A stretch of DNA of 64,000 nt, taken from Obrimoposthia wandeli. Its lineage: Eukaryota. A program made the position numbers and the translations under genes. The DNA lies in NCBI GenBank assembly GCA_977020255.1, contig CDROCS010000652.1:1-64000 (forward strand), read 5' to 3'. The notes beneath the pieces were generated by a model, which ran no database searches, had not been told where the DNA came from, and worked only from the letters and a program-made list of their open reading frames with translations. The stretch's first letter is position 1. Each line of letters begins with the position of its first letter. Below are positions 38,031 to 51,400 of this stretch, piece after piece.

Positions 38031-38044
38031 GTCGGAGCTCACCA
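38031..38044 (-). promoter_or_regulatory. Primer-binding site, tRNA-Trp-like
   Basis: TGGTGAGCTCCGAC, 2 nt after the LTR CA end; imperfect match to TGGTGACCCCGAC. Confidence 0.6.
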
Positions 38045-38046
38045 AA

Positions 38047-38317
38047 TGTTAATAATAGTTAAATCAAATAAATAAATTCTCCAATAAAATTAAATTGTTC
38101 GTTGATCCAAATAAATAAATTTTGCAATGAAATTTAAATTGTTGGTTGAGCTTTCTTCTTCTTTTGGTTAAATCAAAAATAATCACAAATTGTTGAATAA
38201 TAAAACAATTAAAATTATGTATTCCCAAAATCCAAATTAATTTTTAATCATGTATTTTCAATATCAAATTTTCCCTAATTCTATATTAAATAGATGTCTA
38301 GATTTATATATACAACA
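38047..38317 (-). mobile_element. 5' LTR (~270 bp)
   Basis: TGTTGTATA...TTATTAACA termini, followed by the PBS. Confidence 0.7.
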
Positions 38318-39107
38318 CTGCAGGAAAATGCACTTATCCAATCTGGCATACACAATCTCTCTGCACAATCATTTGTGCAACAAACACACACATTAATAGA
38401 AGGAGAATCAAAGAGAGTGCACATATAGAATTAAGAAAGATAGCTAGCAATAAGTCTGATTTAGCCTAACCTGCAATTGCGACTAAGAAAGTAGACGTCA
38501 GGAAAATTGAGAGATTTCCAACGGATAGTGAAGCTGCGGTCACGTTGTTGTGATAGGGTAGAGTGACTGCTTGTCATCAGTTGGATCCGGGTAGAGAGGG
38601 ATGTAAGAGGAGTGAGCATCAGAGGATTTCACTGTACTGGATGGATGATGGAAGAGGATGATTGTCACGGGTTTGGGAAAACAGCGACCGCTAAAGATGC
38701 TGCTAAAGAAATTGTCACTTTTAAGCCGTCTTACTGATGAGCCTGGCAAGGCGAAACGGCGATTTTACCCCGTCGGAGGCTGTTAAAGAATACCTCCCTG
38801 ATTGTGGGCATTTCAGTAAAATGTCAATTTAAATTGACTTAAATTAATTTTTAATTCGTTTTAAATTTCACCAATCCTATGAAGGTAAATAAAGTCAGAC
38901 TTCTGAAGTTCAAAACAAAATAAAAAAATCCCATTTAGCACATGGCTGTCAAACGTGATTTTAATTAAAATAAATTACTCAAGTCTGTTAAGGTAATTTT
39001 AAAAAAATAAATAAAACATCAAATTTTAATACTTTTCACATCTGCAAGCAAAAAGACATTTGTTGTATGATGCATATAATAATAAGAGTATAAAATTTCT
39101 TACTACA

Positions 39108-39700
39108 CTATAGGTTGTCCTCGGAATCAGATGAGCAAAGGTATATCACTTCAGGCAGACTAGTATTGCCAATGCATGGGAGAGAGACCGTCAATCCGCA
39201 TTTTCCTATTAGCTCCTGCTCTCTATGGAGGAATTTTTTTTGGCTCCATTGTGTGTCCACGAGGTTAGAGTTGGTCACTATTTGTATATCTTTATTGAAA
39301 TACCACGAGACCATTCGAGCGAGTCCAGTTTGTTCTCAACGATTCATTTCTAATTGAACGATCTGTGTTGACCCTAGGTCCACTGTGTGCGAAAAATCGT
39401 TTTTCTGCAGTTCTAATACCTTGAGGTAATTATTTATTACTGTTCCTACGAAAATGTTGTCTCTTAGTATGAACTGAACGTGTTGTAATACTTCAACATA
39501 ATCAGGTTGGTTCCTTAACTTACGCTCGTCGAGGCCCGTTATTTTTGTTACGTAAATCCTGAATCTGTCTCTGCTGTTTCATTTTGTATCCAAAACGATT
39601 TGTCCGCTTTTATTCATTATGGTAATGCTGGTAAAGGTGGGTATTTATTCATTTTCACTGCCATTTCACAATCGACAAAGAATATTTGAGGATTGTTGGG
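39108..39700 (-). pseudogene. DEDDh 3'-5' exonuclease, REX4/ISG20-like
   Basis: FFVDCEM, ITIMNKSGQIVLD, YVTKITGL, ILRDNIFVG, FNKDIQ and NSNLVDT; frameshift and stops. Confidence 0.72.
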
Positions 39701-39810
39701 GGTGATTGTCAACTGGCAGACTTGAACGGGACTAGGCGGATATTTTGTTCGATGAATAACATATTATGTCCACCAGATAGACGAATTTTTAAATCTGGTG
39801 TGACTTGATG

Positions 39811-40224
39811 CTATTTTACCCTATATGAATGATTTTGCAGTAAGAGGATGCTAGATTTTCTAAGCTCCAGAAATCCATGGCCCTTCGCTATATGGATCTC
39901 GATATCCGCACAAGTAGGTAGGGGTTTTATTATTTCCAACATTCTTTGTTCTGTTAGTTTTCTCTGATTATAATTAAGAATAATGCTTCTTCTATTTGTA
40001 TTTCTTAATTTGATGCTATTAGGAAGCTGGGTCTGATTTATTAAAATCTTCATTCCGTAATAGCTATGGAAATATCTTGTTCCAAACTGCCTTATTTTTC
40101 CATAAAGGAACTTACCCATTTTTGCCTTTTCAGGACGTTGTTCTGTTAATTGGACTGACTTCTCTCTCTTACCCCATGGCACAACCTGCCAGTTCGAGTG
40201 AGGGTTTGTACTTGTCGATTCCAT
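39811..40224 (-). CDS. Hypothetical 137-aa ORF, possibly the N-terminal domain of the exonuclease gene
   Basis: Open ORF directly upstream of the exonuclease on the same strand. Confidence 0.35.
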   Translation of the reverse strand: MESTSTNPHSNWQVVPWGKREKSVQLTEQRPEKAKMGKFLYGKIRQFGTRYFHSYYGMKILINQTQLPNSIKLRNTNRRSIILNYNQRKLTEQRMLEIIKPLPTCADIEIHIAKGHGFLELRKSSILLLQNHSYRVK

Positions 40225-41189
40225 ATGTAGGGTATACAGATATAGTAAAAAAATGTTGATTATTCATGCAATTATACAAAATGTCAAATGTTATAAAATG
40301 AAATGTTTGTGTCAAATTATTTGTCTATTTATTCATCAAATGTCTATAAATCTTTTTAGTTTTTTGATGTAACATGCTCTATAATTTTTTTACTTCATAT
40401 TCTGGTTACTTTTATTATCAATATTAATATATACATATTTATATAAATATATGCGTTTTACGTATTCTTAATTTTATTATGACCATTTTAACTAAAGTTA
40501 ACAAACATTAATACTTATTTAACAAACACATTTTCTTTCCAAGTCATGCCGTAAGTTCGATCTCATTCTCTATTTTCTTTTAATTTATATTTTAATTTAC
40601 TCATTGGGAATTTTATTAATTCTCACACCCGGAATCATCGCTTTCTTCAGGTTGAAATCCCATTAAACGATTTATTACTGATCTCAATGATACAGGGAAG
40701 TTTAAAACCTATCTGAAAATTCGTACTAATAGTTTCTGATTTGTTTTGACTATGTTCTAATCTTTCAATTGCAACGTCAAAAGCATTATTCATTCGCTCA
40801 CATTTCATTTTCTTGTCTTTCAGATGCGATCTCAGATTTATATTTTCGATCAACAATTTATTTTCCCATTTCTTCTGTCTCTTATATCTTCTTCGATTAT
40901 TTTGTACTATTTTTGAATTTTTCATTTCTAAAATTTTAATAAGTAATAAGGTATAATAGATGTCATAAATGGGCCATGAGGTTCAAAATATTTAGTCCAA
41001 TGTTGTTTTTTGAAAATTGTATTATTTTCTAATTTAATGATATTCCATGATAAATGTAAATATTTCGATTATTATGATTTTTACTAAGGATTCTTTGTTA
41101 TTTTTCTTTTTTAAGTATTTTTGTCTACCATAGTGTAATTTTAGACTTCCATTAAATGATTTATATGGTATTGTTTCTGTTTTCTTTTA

Positions 41190-44100
41190 TTTTCAGTTAT
41201 TTTTTGTATTTTCTGTAATATTAATTTGATTAGTAATTTCATAAGTCTTTGTTGTGAATGTTGTAGTATGTAGTATTTGTTTTATATTTGTTTCTTTGAC
41301 ATATTCTTTAATTGTAATTACTGACCAATGGCCACAAAAAATCGTAGGTTGGTATAATTTGGATATTTTATTTCCTAAAATCACTAAGTTTGATAGATTT
41401 CTACAAGTCTCAAACTTTTGTCCCCATTGTCTATACATCATTAGTTTATTAGTGATTACACATTCTCTATTATCCATAATTATTTTATCGGGATATCTTA
41501 TATTTTCTATGGTTAAATTTGTTTTGATTTGTGATTTTTCTAATTGTTTTTCCGTGTCTTTCCAAAAATGAGCATTATGTCCTATATATCTAATTCTAAC
41601 GAGGGCTTTATCTAAGTTATCTATTTTTAGTTGAAATTCCCATTTTATCATGATTTTATGTTTTGTTATATAATTTGCTGTTGTTTTTAATATTGATGCT
41701 AAGTATATATGAGTTTCTATAATTCTTTCATAGAGTTTAATAATTTTTAAATTCGACTTAACTCTGATTTTGATTTGTGTTTATGTTCTTAAAAATGGTA
41801 TTATATAATTTTTTGATTCAATTTTGTAAATATTTATGATTTGATTTTTTTCAGATTGTATTATTTGAATTTTTCCTAATTATCTTGTAAAGAGTCATAT
41901 TTTTAACTTTATTGATGTGATTTCAGGTATTATTGTAATTAATCCAAAAAAATTTATGATATGTTTTGATGAGTCGTATTTATTTGTTTTTGGTTTTGTA
42001 ATTAATGGATTTTCATTCGGGTTTGTTCCATTTACTTTCAGTATGTTATTTTTTATTGTAAAATATATTACCAATAACATCATTATTTTACAAATTTAAT
42101 TTATTGACATTTTTATTGTATTTCTGATCTGATGACTTAAAATAATCTTGTTTTGTTTTTGTGAGTTTTTTATTGTTAACATTTGTAGAACAGTATTATC
42201 GCTAGTTGATCTTAAGTTATATTTGTGACTTTTTACTTTTGTATTTTCCTCAGGTACTTCTCAACATCGGTTTATATGTGTTCTTATTTCTTTTGATTTT
42301 GGTTCATTATCGAGTTTAGCTGTTATGTTGGTTTCGTTGGTACTAATAACTGTATATAGTCCTTTGTATGGTTTTGATAGTTTGTGTGACAGTCCTACAT
42401 TAATTTGTGGATTGTGAATCATCACTTTACTTCCGCTTTTTTTATTTGATGGCTTAGTTTTTCTATCATAATATTCTTTGTAATTTTATTGTATGTTTTT
42501 TACAAATGATTAGCATTATTAAATGCTAATTTTATTCTCTTTCTAATTTCTATTTTATATTCAGGTATTTCTAAGTATTGTGAAGTAGGTTGTGGTAATG
42601 TTATGTTAATAGGCATTTAAGGATATCTGAGGAACATAAGGTAAAAAGGTGGTTCTTCTGTAGATGCATGTCCTGATGTTTTATATAAAAAAGGCATGGA
42701 TGTATATGTAAATCCCAATCTGTTTGGTTGTTGTTGTGTATGATGCCATCATATCTTCAAGGGTTCTAATAAATCGTTCTACTAATCTGTTGGTTTGAGG
42801 GTGATATGGTGTTGTATTAATCTTTTTTATATGAAATATTTCTGCTATTGACACTAGTATGTTATTTATGAATTCAGGACCCTTGTCGGTTAATACTTTT
42901 CGGGGTGCACCGAAAGTAAAATTAATTTTTTTCGACTTAAACCTTCGCGATGGTTTCAGCCTTATGGTCATGTGTTGGGAAAGCCTCTGACCATCTTGTA
43001 AACTAATCAGAAAATACAATTATATATTGATTTCCTCAGGGTGTTTCAGGTAATGGTCACATTACATCCATGGCAACAGTTTCCATGGGAGGTGCTGGAT
43101 AAGGTATCGGTCTTAAAGGTATTTTTGTGGTACGTAAATTTTTTTTTGTTTAAGACATATTTTACATATTTTACATATTCTTTCATGTCGATCCAAAAGT
43201 ATTTTAAGTTTAATCGTGAATGTGTCTTTTTTGGTGATAAATGTCCTCCTAGGTCTCCATTATGATATTGAAGAAGTAATTGACATTGAATTTCCTTGTG
43301 AATATAAATTTTTGTAATTTAAATAATATACTATTTCGTTACTATATTTGTATCATGATTCATGAATATATAAATGTTTTCTTATTTTTTCATCTGTTGG
43401 TACTTTATTTATGGTAATGTATTTAGTTATTTGTTAAATTTCATTATCTTTGCTTTGAAGTTTAGTAAATATTTTTTCGTCATATTTAGCTTCAATCATT
43501 GTGAAAAGGTTTAATTCTATGTCGTCTGTAGTTATTTCGTTTATTTCTATTATGTTTTATCAAATTTGTTCGCCTTAGATCGTATTCATTTTTTGCGAAT
43601 ATTACATCATATTTTTCTGTCAAACCTTTAAGTTTTGATTTTTCATAATCATTTAATTTGATATCGTTAAAATTGATTGTAGATTTATCTTCTATTTTTT
43701 ATTATTTATTACTTCAATATTTTCAATAACACTTATTTTTCCTAGGCGTACACCTTCCTTGAGATGAATTTCATTAATATCTGCCTTTATGATTCTGACT
43801 GGTATTGTGTTGTTTTTTATTTTACAAATTATATTTTGTAAATCGTAGTTCAACGTTTCTTGTTGATATCTATAAGGTTCAAATAATACTTCCTTTTCTG
43901 TGATTATGTTGGTTTCTAGCTGTAACATTGTTTCTGTTCTTGGTTGAAGAATGATATCTCCTTTTATTTCTAACTCGTATTCATTTTTAGCGTTAGGTTT
44001 ATAAATGTATTTTATTTTATTTTTAACGAAATCACAATCGAAATTATTTCCTAATTTTCTTAATGTGTTTTTTGGCAAGGAGAATTTTTCATGATTCTTG

Positions 44101-44570
44101 TAGGTATTTTTATGAATTTATCTTCTATTTTAAAAACACAGTCTAATTTTCTTATTATATTTAAGGGTTGACTGTATGCTGCTTTGACTTGACTATTTTC
44201 CTTAAGAAGAAGTAATTTTTTATGTGTTTTTAAGAAGGATTCATCTAAAACTGTTACTCTTCATCCTGCGTCAATCAAAGTTTAAAGTTTATATTCGGAA
44301 ATTTCTACTTTTACATATGATCTTTTGTCATTATCTTTTTGATTTATTGTATATATTGTTGGTGCAGTTGGATTTTGTATAGTTGTTTATCTATATATTT
44401 TTCTAAATCAGGATATTGTGAGGATTCCGCTTTTTCTGTATCTTGTACTTGTATCTCGGTACTTGTAATTTTTTGTATATTTGTTTCTCGCATTTCATTT
44501 GATAATGCGTTTACAGTGTTTTGATGATGATTAAAAATAAGAAATTTTACAAAAAATATAATTTCCATTT
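41190..44570 (-). mobile_element. Ty3/Gypsy LTR-retrotransposon remnant: protease, integrase and an env-like ORF, with RT/RNase H missing
   Basis: LIDAG..VTVL protease (44240-44330), EKYDVIFAKNEYDL pre-RT motif, integrase LTDKGPEF...TPYHPQTN.LVERF (42681-43019), signal-peptide-like ORF at 42083. Confidence 0.85.
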
Positions 44571-44579
44571 AAATCCACC

Positions 44580-45970
44580 AACTTTATAAATGTAGTATGT
44601 TGTTAAAATTTGACTTAGTAGAATTTTAAAACAAATTAATAGAGCATATATTCCAACTAATTCAGAAAATGTTTAAATGTGTTAAAAAGTATGATTCTTG
44701 TGATTGGTTCTAGAAATAATGAATGATTTTTGTAAGAAATTGGTAATTCTTTTGTACATTTTGGGTGATTTCTTAAGTTAATTATTACTTTTTGACATTA
44801 ATAAGTATATAACACTTCTCCCATTACTCTTCTAAAAGCACTGTCTGCTAATGGAAAATAATGGTGTTATTAATTCTATGTTAGTAGTAATAATTGTCAA
44901 TTTTGTTTTTAATTTTTCTTGATTTAATTTACAATCATTCATTATGGTTTCTCTATATATTGCTTCTATTGTCATTAGTCCTTTGTGATAAAAATAATCT
45001 AATTTATTGTTAAAATAATCATAATTTTAATATCAAATTTAGTTGGTGTCGTTTTTGCATTATGTTTTTTTTATTACTTAAATATATTACTTTATAATTA
45101 GTTGTATAAACAGAGTGTCTACATCAGGACGACTCTTTATTTTTGATAAATCGCATTCCTGAACCTTGTTCAATGGACATTAATATAGTTGAAGTTGATG
45201 TTTTTCGAAATTTTTTGAGTTTTATATTTTTTACGTATGTCTTTTGGAATTTGTTGATCTAGTTCCTAAATCTTATTCCTTGAATTATTTAAACATTTTC
45301 TGATTTTAGATGTACTAATTTCCATTGATCCATTTTTACTTTATAATAAAGTATTGAAGAACCTGTGTTACAGTGACCTATATTTGCTTCACAAAATTGA
45401 ATTGTTACCATTGTGTTTGTGGAAGGGTCGAATGTTGCTTTGAAAGTTCTTAATTCGACTTCAAAATTTTTAATAACTACTAAACCACTTTGCTTAACTC
45501 CCATTACGACATAAATTCTTCTTGTACATGCACTATCAGATTTAATCGTACCTACAACTGATATAATTTGTTGAATTATTTTTCGTTGCTCGGACTTTAA
45601 TTTCTATATATATTCTCAATTCTCCTGTTGCGAAAGCATCTTTACAATTTAAGGCGTCAACTATTAATGGTGTTTTTCCTAGTGTAGGTTTTACTATTGA
45701 ATTGTGACTATGTTGTCCACAATATGTTATAAATGTCTCTACGTGTACTCTGCATTCAAAAACTTCTACATATATAAAATCTGTTTCCTAATATACTTGA
45801 TATAACTCAGTATTTTTGATTTTTACCTCATTTGAGTCAGCGTCTGCACATTGCTGTAAGTCCATTAAACAATTTTTATTTAGAATTTTATATTTTGAAC
45901 AGTCATATGCTTCTAAAGCATTAATTGGTTTTATCGTGTTATTAATTAAACATATTGTTAATATAATCTA
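44580..45970 (-). pseudogene. Chuvirus-like glycoprotein (env), longer copy
   Basis: Same N-terminus as 36606-37250, plus CRHSVYTTNY, GEVLY..C.KV and CTKELPISYKN.SLFLEPITRII. Confidence 0.78.
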
Positions 45971-47551
45971 AATAATTTTCTATAAATTCTGTATTATTTT
46001 ATTGAAATTATTTATTTTTAAAGATTTTGGATTTGTGTTTTTTTTGTGTTTTTCGTTTTTTTATGTTTTGCTTTCTTTTTTTGTGTTTGAGTAGTTTGGT
46101 TTGTTTTTGTTATTGTATATTTATTCTTTTGCAATGCGAGGAACCAAATTTTAAAAGAAAATTATAGAATGGAACATGACTATGTTTTGGAAAACAAAAA
46201 GTATGTTTGATCTTACGAGGCTTGCGCGCAAAGCTACAAACACCTCAACTCAAAAATAAACTGTATGTTATCAATACGCAAAATAAATTAAATCAAAATG
46301 TAAAATATGTTTAATTTTTAACTATTAATTTGTTAAAATATAGGGCTTAGTCAATAAACAATCAAAATATCAAAAAAATAGAGTACCTAATGCGTAAATT
46401 AATTATGATTTGTAAAACTGAAGAGCCTAATCAATAATCAATTTTGACTACAAAATTTAAATTAAGAATTTTAAACAAACAATATATACACACATATATA
46501 TATATATATATATATTGTTCAACTTTTAAATTATTAATTTTCCTCAAGTTTGATAATATTTAAAATTTTTAAAAAAATGTAATCAATTAAGAATTATTCA
46601 AAATGTAAAATACAGAGTGTATTAAGAAAGTTAAATAATATAAAATATAAGACACAAATCGATACGATAATATAAATCACTGTAACGAAATTTTAATAAA
46701 TAAATGACTTTGTTTTGTTGTCCGGTTCCTTTGTCGGAGCTCACCAAATGTTAATAATAGTTAAATCAAATAAATAAATTCTCCAATAAAATTAAATTGT
46801 TCGTTGATCCAAATAAATAAATTTTGCAATGAAATTTAAATTGTTGGTTGAGCTTTCTTCTTCTTTTGGTTAAATCAAAAATAATCACAAATTGTTGAAT
46901 AAAAAAACAATTAAAATTATGTATTCCCAAAATCCAAATTAATTTTTAATCATGTATTTTCAATATCAAATTTTCCCTAATTCTATATTAAATAGATGTC
47001 TAGATTTATATATACAACACTGCAGGAAAATGCACTTATCCAATCCGGCATACACAATCTCTCTGCACAATCATCTGTGCAACAAACACACACATTAATA
47101 GAAGGAGAATCAAAGAGAGTGCACATATAGAATTAAGAAAGATAGCTAGCAATAAGTCTGATTTAGCCTAACCTGCAATTGCGACTAAGAAAGTAGACGT
47201 CGGGAGAATTGAGAGATTTCCAACGGATAGTGAAGCTGCGGTCACGTTGTTGTGATAGGGTAGAGTGACTGCTTGTCATCAGTTGGATCCGGGTAGAGAG
47301 GGATGTAAGAGGAGTGAGATCAGAGGATTTCGCTGTACTGGATGGATGATGGAGGAGGATGTTTGTCACGGGTTGGGGAAAACAGCAACCGCTAAAGAGG
47401 CTGCTATTGGTCGGCGGAAAAATATATGTGGTCAAAATTGCCACTTTTATCAAGCCGCCTTCCTGATGAGCCTGGCAAGGCGAAACGGCGTTTTTACCTC
47501 GTCGGAGGCTGATAAAGAATACTTCCCTGATTGTGGGCATTTCAGTAAAAT
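45324..47551. repeat. Segmental duplication, copy 2
   Basis: Aligns to 36604-38822. Confidence 0.93.
46733..47019 (-). mobile_element. 5' LTR (46749-47019) plus PBS (46733-46746), second copy
   Basis: Same structure as 38031-38317. Confidence 0.7.
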
Positions 47552-49929
47552 TTGTTTAGATGCTCAATATAGAAACTTATACATTCAAAACCACGCACAG
47601 ATTTAAGTACGTACTCACTTTCACAACGTATTCATAATTTGTTCACTCAAACTCTCATTACCATTAGATAGTCACCGCCCGGGATTAATTTTAAATTCCA
47701 CCAATCCTATGCGGGTAAATAAAGTCTGAAGACCTCTGAAGTTAAAATTTTAAATCCCAAACGTTCTTTGTTTTTCCGGTGAAAATGTTCAAACAACGAC
47801 CTAATGACAGTGTTATGTTCGACACACCCATCTGGGCTGTTTATTCTTTTTTATTTCTACTGAGCAGGTTACCTGTGTAGACCCAGTACAGTAGTTGCGT
47901 GTTTAGGATCTTGGCGAATATTCTATACGTGTCCAGGGTGGCAATGGGTTTCCACGATGAAGATTAGTAGGTGGATATGATGACTCTTGGGTAGGGGACC
48001 CCCATAGGACAAAGTCCATCTGCCAAAGTTCATGAGAGACAACTGATGAGTGACATCGAGCACACAGGTCCAAAGTCATCACACTAATCATACAAACTCA
48101 AACCAATCATTACGTAACATTCCAGTAAATATGTCACAAAATAATGTCCCATTGACTGTTATATGATGAACTGATTAGTTGAACTTTAGCAAGACCAAAG
48201 TCCATCTGACTTGACGTTTGGCACTGGTAAGGTTAAGCTTATCAGCTCATCAAGCCACAGCTCATAAAGGCGGGTATGCTGTGTCAATGAGTGAGAAAGA
48301 ACACTTTACAATTATGATGTTAGAAGATGTAAAGCGAATCTCCCCGAATCTCGCAATACCCAGGAAAGGGCAATTGCAAATGTACTGTTATTACAACCAA
48401 CGTATATTAAAAATAATTTTTGACTGAGCGATTTTAGAAAAACAACTTTATTCTTTATCGACTGACAACAAGTAACATAAATCATCATGCCATTGTTTTA
48501 AAATTTATCTAGTCCTCTTGCCTCTGTTGCATTAAGAAGATATTCTGTATTCAGTTCTCAAACTAATACTGTAAAAGATACCTGCCTAATTTGAATACGT
48601 TTTCAAATCTCCAAACCAAAAATGAAATATAAATTCAAATTCAAAAGCATCTTGGTTCTAAAATGTATCATAAAGCTTTGAGTTTTCATAATTTGTATAA
48701 GTTGAATTTTATTTGTCTTTACATCGATTTTTAAACAATTTTGTTATGTTTTAAAATGCTCATACTCTTTCAATTTTTAAATATATAAATGCTAAAGTTG
48801 TAATGTGTGGATTATCAGCCCAAAATCTGAAGGTTAATTTCGTTAGTTGCCGTTTTTAAACCAATGTGACAAAAGCAATTTAGTAAAAAAAAATTTAATA
48901 TATAAACATAAATCCATATCTTTAATTACAATTAACAATTAACCCAAAATATGCATAGCTTGCTAAAAATAGCGATATCAAATCCAAGGAGTGAAGAACA
49001 TCGACGGTATTCAGAAAGAAGTCAACAATATAGCATCTTGATCAATCAGAGCGATAGAAGTCACAGCTTGAACCATTCACCTTTGCGACATTTATATTTG
49101 CTTTTGAAATCACAATACATTTTATTAGCGTATTTCTCCGATTTTCGAGGACACTGAACCGTGAGGCCCATGAATGAGCAGTTACGCAGGGGTAGAAAAT
49201 AGTCTGCATCGTGAACTGGTGCCTCCGATATGTTATCAAAGAATCCTTCGTCCGAAACCTGTAATTCAAAATTTATTCAAAATCTCAGTCTAGGTAAATG
49301 AGAAATTTATCATAAGTTCTGCTACTTACACTTACAAAGTAGATTATATTTATCATATCAATTAATTGTTATTCGTACCATGAAACGGCCGTCTTTGAAA
49401 TGGAAGTCATATAAAAAGATATCTATGCGCTTGTTACTAGAATAGAAGACGCGGGCCAGGGGTCCACAGAATGCGCAACCATCCACATGGGACGTCACAG
49501 AATTTCCTGAGCAGTCAAGACGGGGACCGTTGTATGGGCAATGAGGTCCAGGGCGCACCACAATGTTGATCTGATGTAGAAGGAGAGAATTGTGGGTTCA
49601 GTACAATCTGGAACCCAAAGAGCACAACTAGAACTAGAAAGTATTTATAAGACATGATATTAAAGAACCATTAGCTTTATCTACTTTTGGTTGTTCAAAA
49701 TTATCATTGAGTAAAAGTGAATGAAATATTTAGCTGAATAGTTTCTAAATCACTTTAATTTTTTTTTCGAGATCTTTTTCGAAGAAATAAACCATATTTT
49801 TAGGTATTTGCATTTAAGCTTTACAATAGTTTATCATTAACATAATCAAAGTATGATAATATTGAAGAATTCAAGAAATATATCAAGACGTTCCTGAGCA
49901 CGAGCGTTGCTGGGACTTTTTCAGTAGTA

Positions 49930-51400
49930 TGTGAAATCATCGAAATACTCCATTTAGGGCACTTGCTGACCACATGTTTTCAAGATGTGATGGAGATCGT
50001 ACCCTCTCAGTTTATGAAACATCACTGGGATATCACATCTCAGACGTCTGGATAGATTGAACTTACTGTGAGCAGCTCCAAGGTACTTACCCGACATATT
50101 GTCTCGGTTTCGTACCTTTTTAATGCATATCTTATTACAAATGTAACAACTAGAAGCCACTTTGAAACTAGCTACTTGCTCAATCATAAGAACTTGCATA
50201 ACTTCCACTACATGTTTCTTATACCAAGGCAAAACAATTTACTTCACCAACATCTCAAGCTTGGATAGGAATTAAACAACACATGTTTCACTAATGAAAA
50301 GTGAATAATCTTGAGTGAATCATGTTGCAGCAATTGGAGACATTAACATACCGGTTGCAATGGTGAGATTAATTTGATGATGAATACCTTGGAGTGGAAG
50401 CTGCTTCAAAATCTCCATAAACATCAAATGGCTGTGAAATCGTATTTGAAAAATCTTTGAATTGAATATACTTGTCTTCTGGCATCTGGTATAGTGTATT
50501 ATGTTCCATATTCATCATACAAAGAGGTTTATGCTTCTTAAAACTTATTTCCCATTAAAATCCATGAAGACATTTATGACACCATTCATATCAGATTCGA
50601 GTAGAACCTTCGTTGTTATAAGAGTTTAGAAGCCTACTAAGATTTGGAACTGCGACATAGTGATTTCTCTATCATTCTTCCAATAGAATTAGATTAACCT
50701 GATTGACTTCAGAATTGGTGGTTCGATATAATGTATAAATATATATTTTTTAAAAATATCCTGATCCGGAGTAGGAATGGTGCCGAGGTTATTGTAAATG
50801 AATACATTGATTGATGACGATGAAATTTCTCTTTCGAAACAAGAAATATCAGCTAATCTCATAGGCATGTCGTTTAAAGAGTATATCAAATTTCCTAAAT
50901 ATGGATAATATTGTGAGGCTATATACCTATGCTGATAGATAATATCGTACTTTAGAATAGCAAGTATGCTATAGATAAAACACAAAACACCTGTATTTTG
51001 AACATTCACAACAGAATTGTGAAGTTCGTTGGGAGTAGCAATATATGCTCTTTCTAGGAGATAATTAATTTCCATGGTTTTAATGATAATGAAATTTATC
51101 TCCAGGATATATTTGAGTTGCCAATTACTGGCATTCTGTGAGTACTTCTCAATCTTAGCATTGAGACACTCTATATTCCGATCGATGAATTCGGATGAGA
51201 AGAGAGTAGCTGTGTTTGAAATATTCCATTGTTTCACACAACTATATTTCTCAAACTCCACCCGAGCTCCGAATTACAGCTTACAAGTGGCAAATTCTTC
51301 AACTATTGTTCTTATAAAGTCGATAAGTACTACAGCACAGCTAATTCAATAACATTATCGCTAGTCAAATCCAGAGATAATGTCACGTATGACCCTCATA
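49930..51400 (-). pseudogene. Polinton pPolB remnant with an endonuclease-VII-like insert
   Basis: SNWQL..I.EI, VVNVQN...CFIYSILA, SINVF, CYIC...VRNRD...GKYLGAAH and FHKLRGYD.H. Confidence 0.88.

Larger units (their letters stand above)
36604..38822. repeat. Segmental duplication, copy 1 (partner 45324-47551)
   Basis: Near-identical over ~2.2 kb, including env fragment, (TA)n, PBS, LTR and flank. Confidence 0.93.

Noticed and set aside
36604-47551. The 2.2-kb direct repeats as giant LTRs of the Gypsy remnant between them
   Set aside because: Each repeat contains its own internal LTR-PBS-env plus outside flank and lacks TG...CA ends. A segmental duplication fits better.
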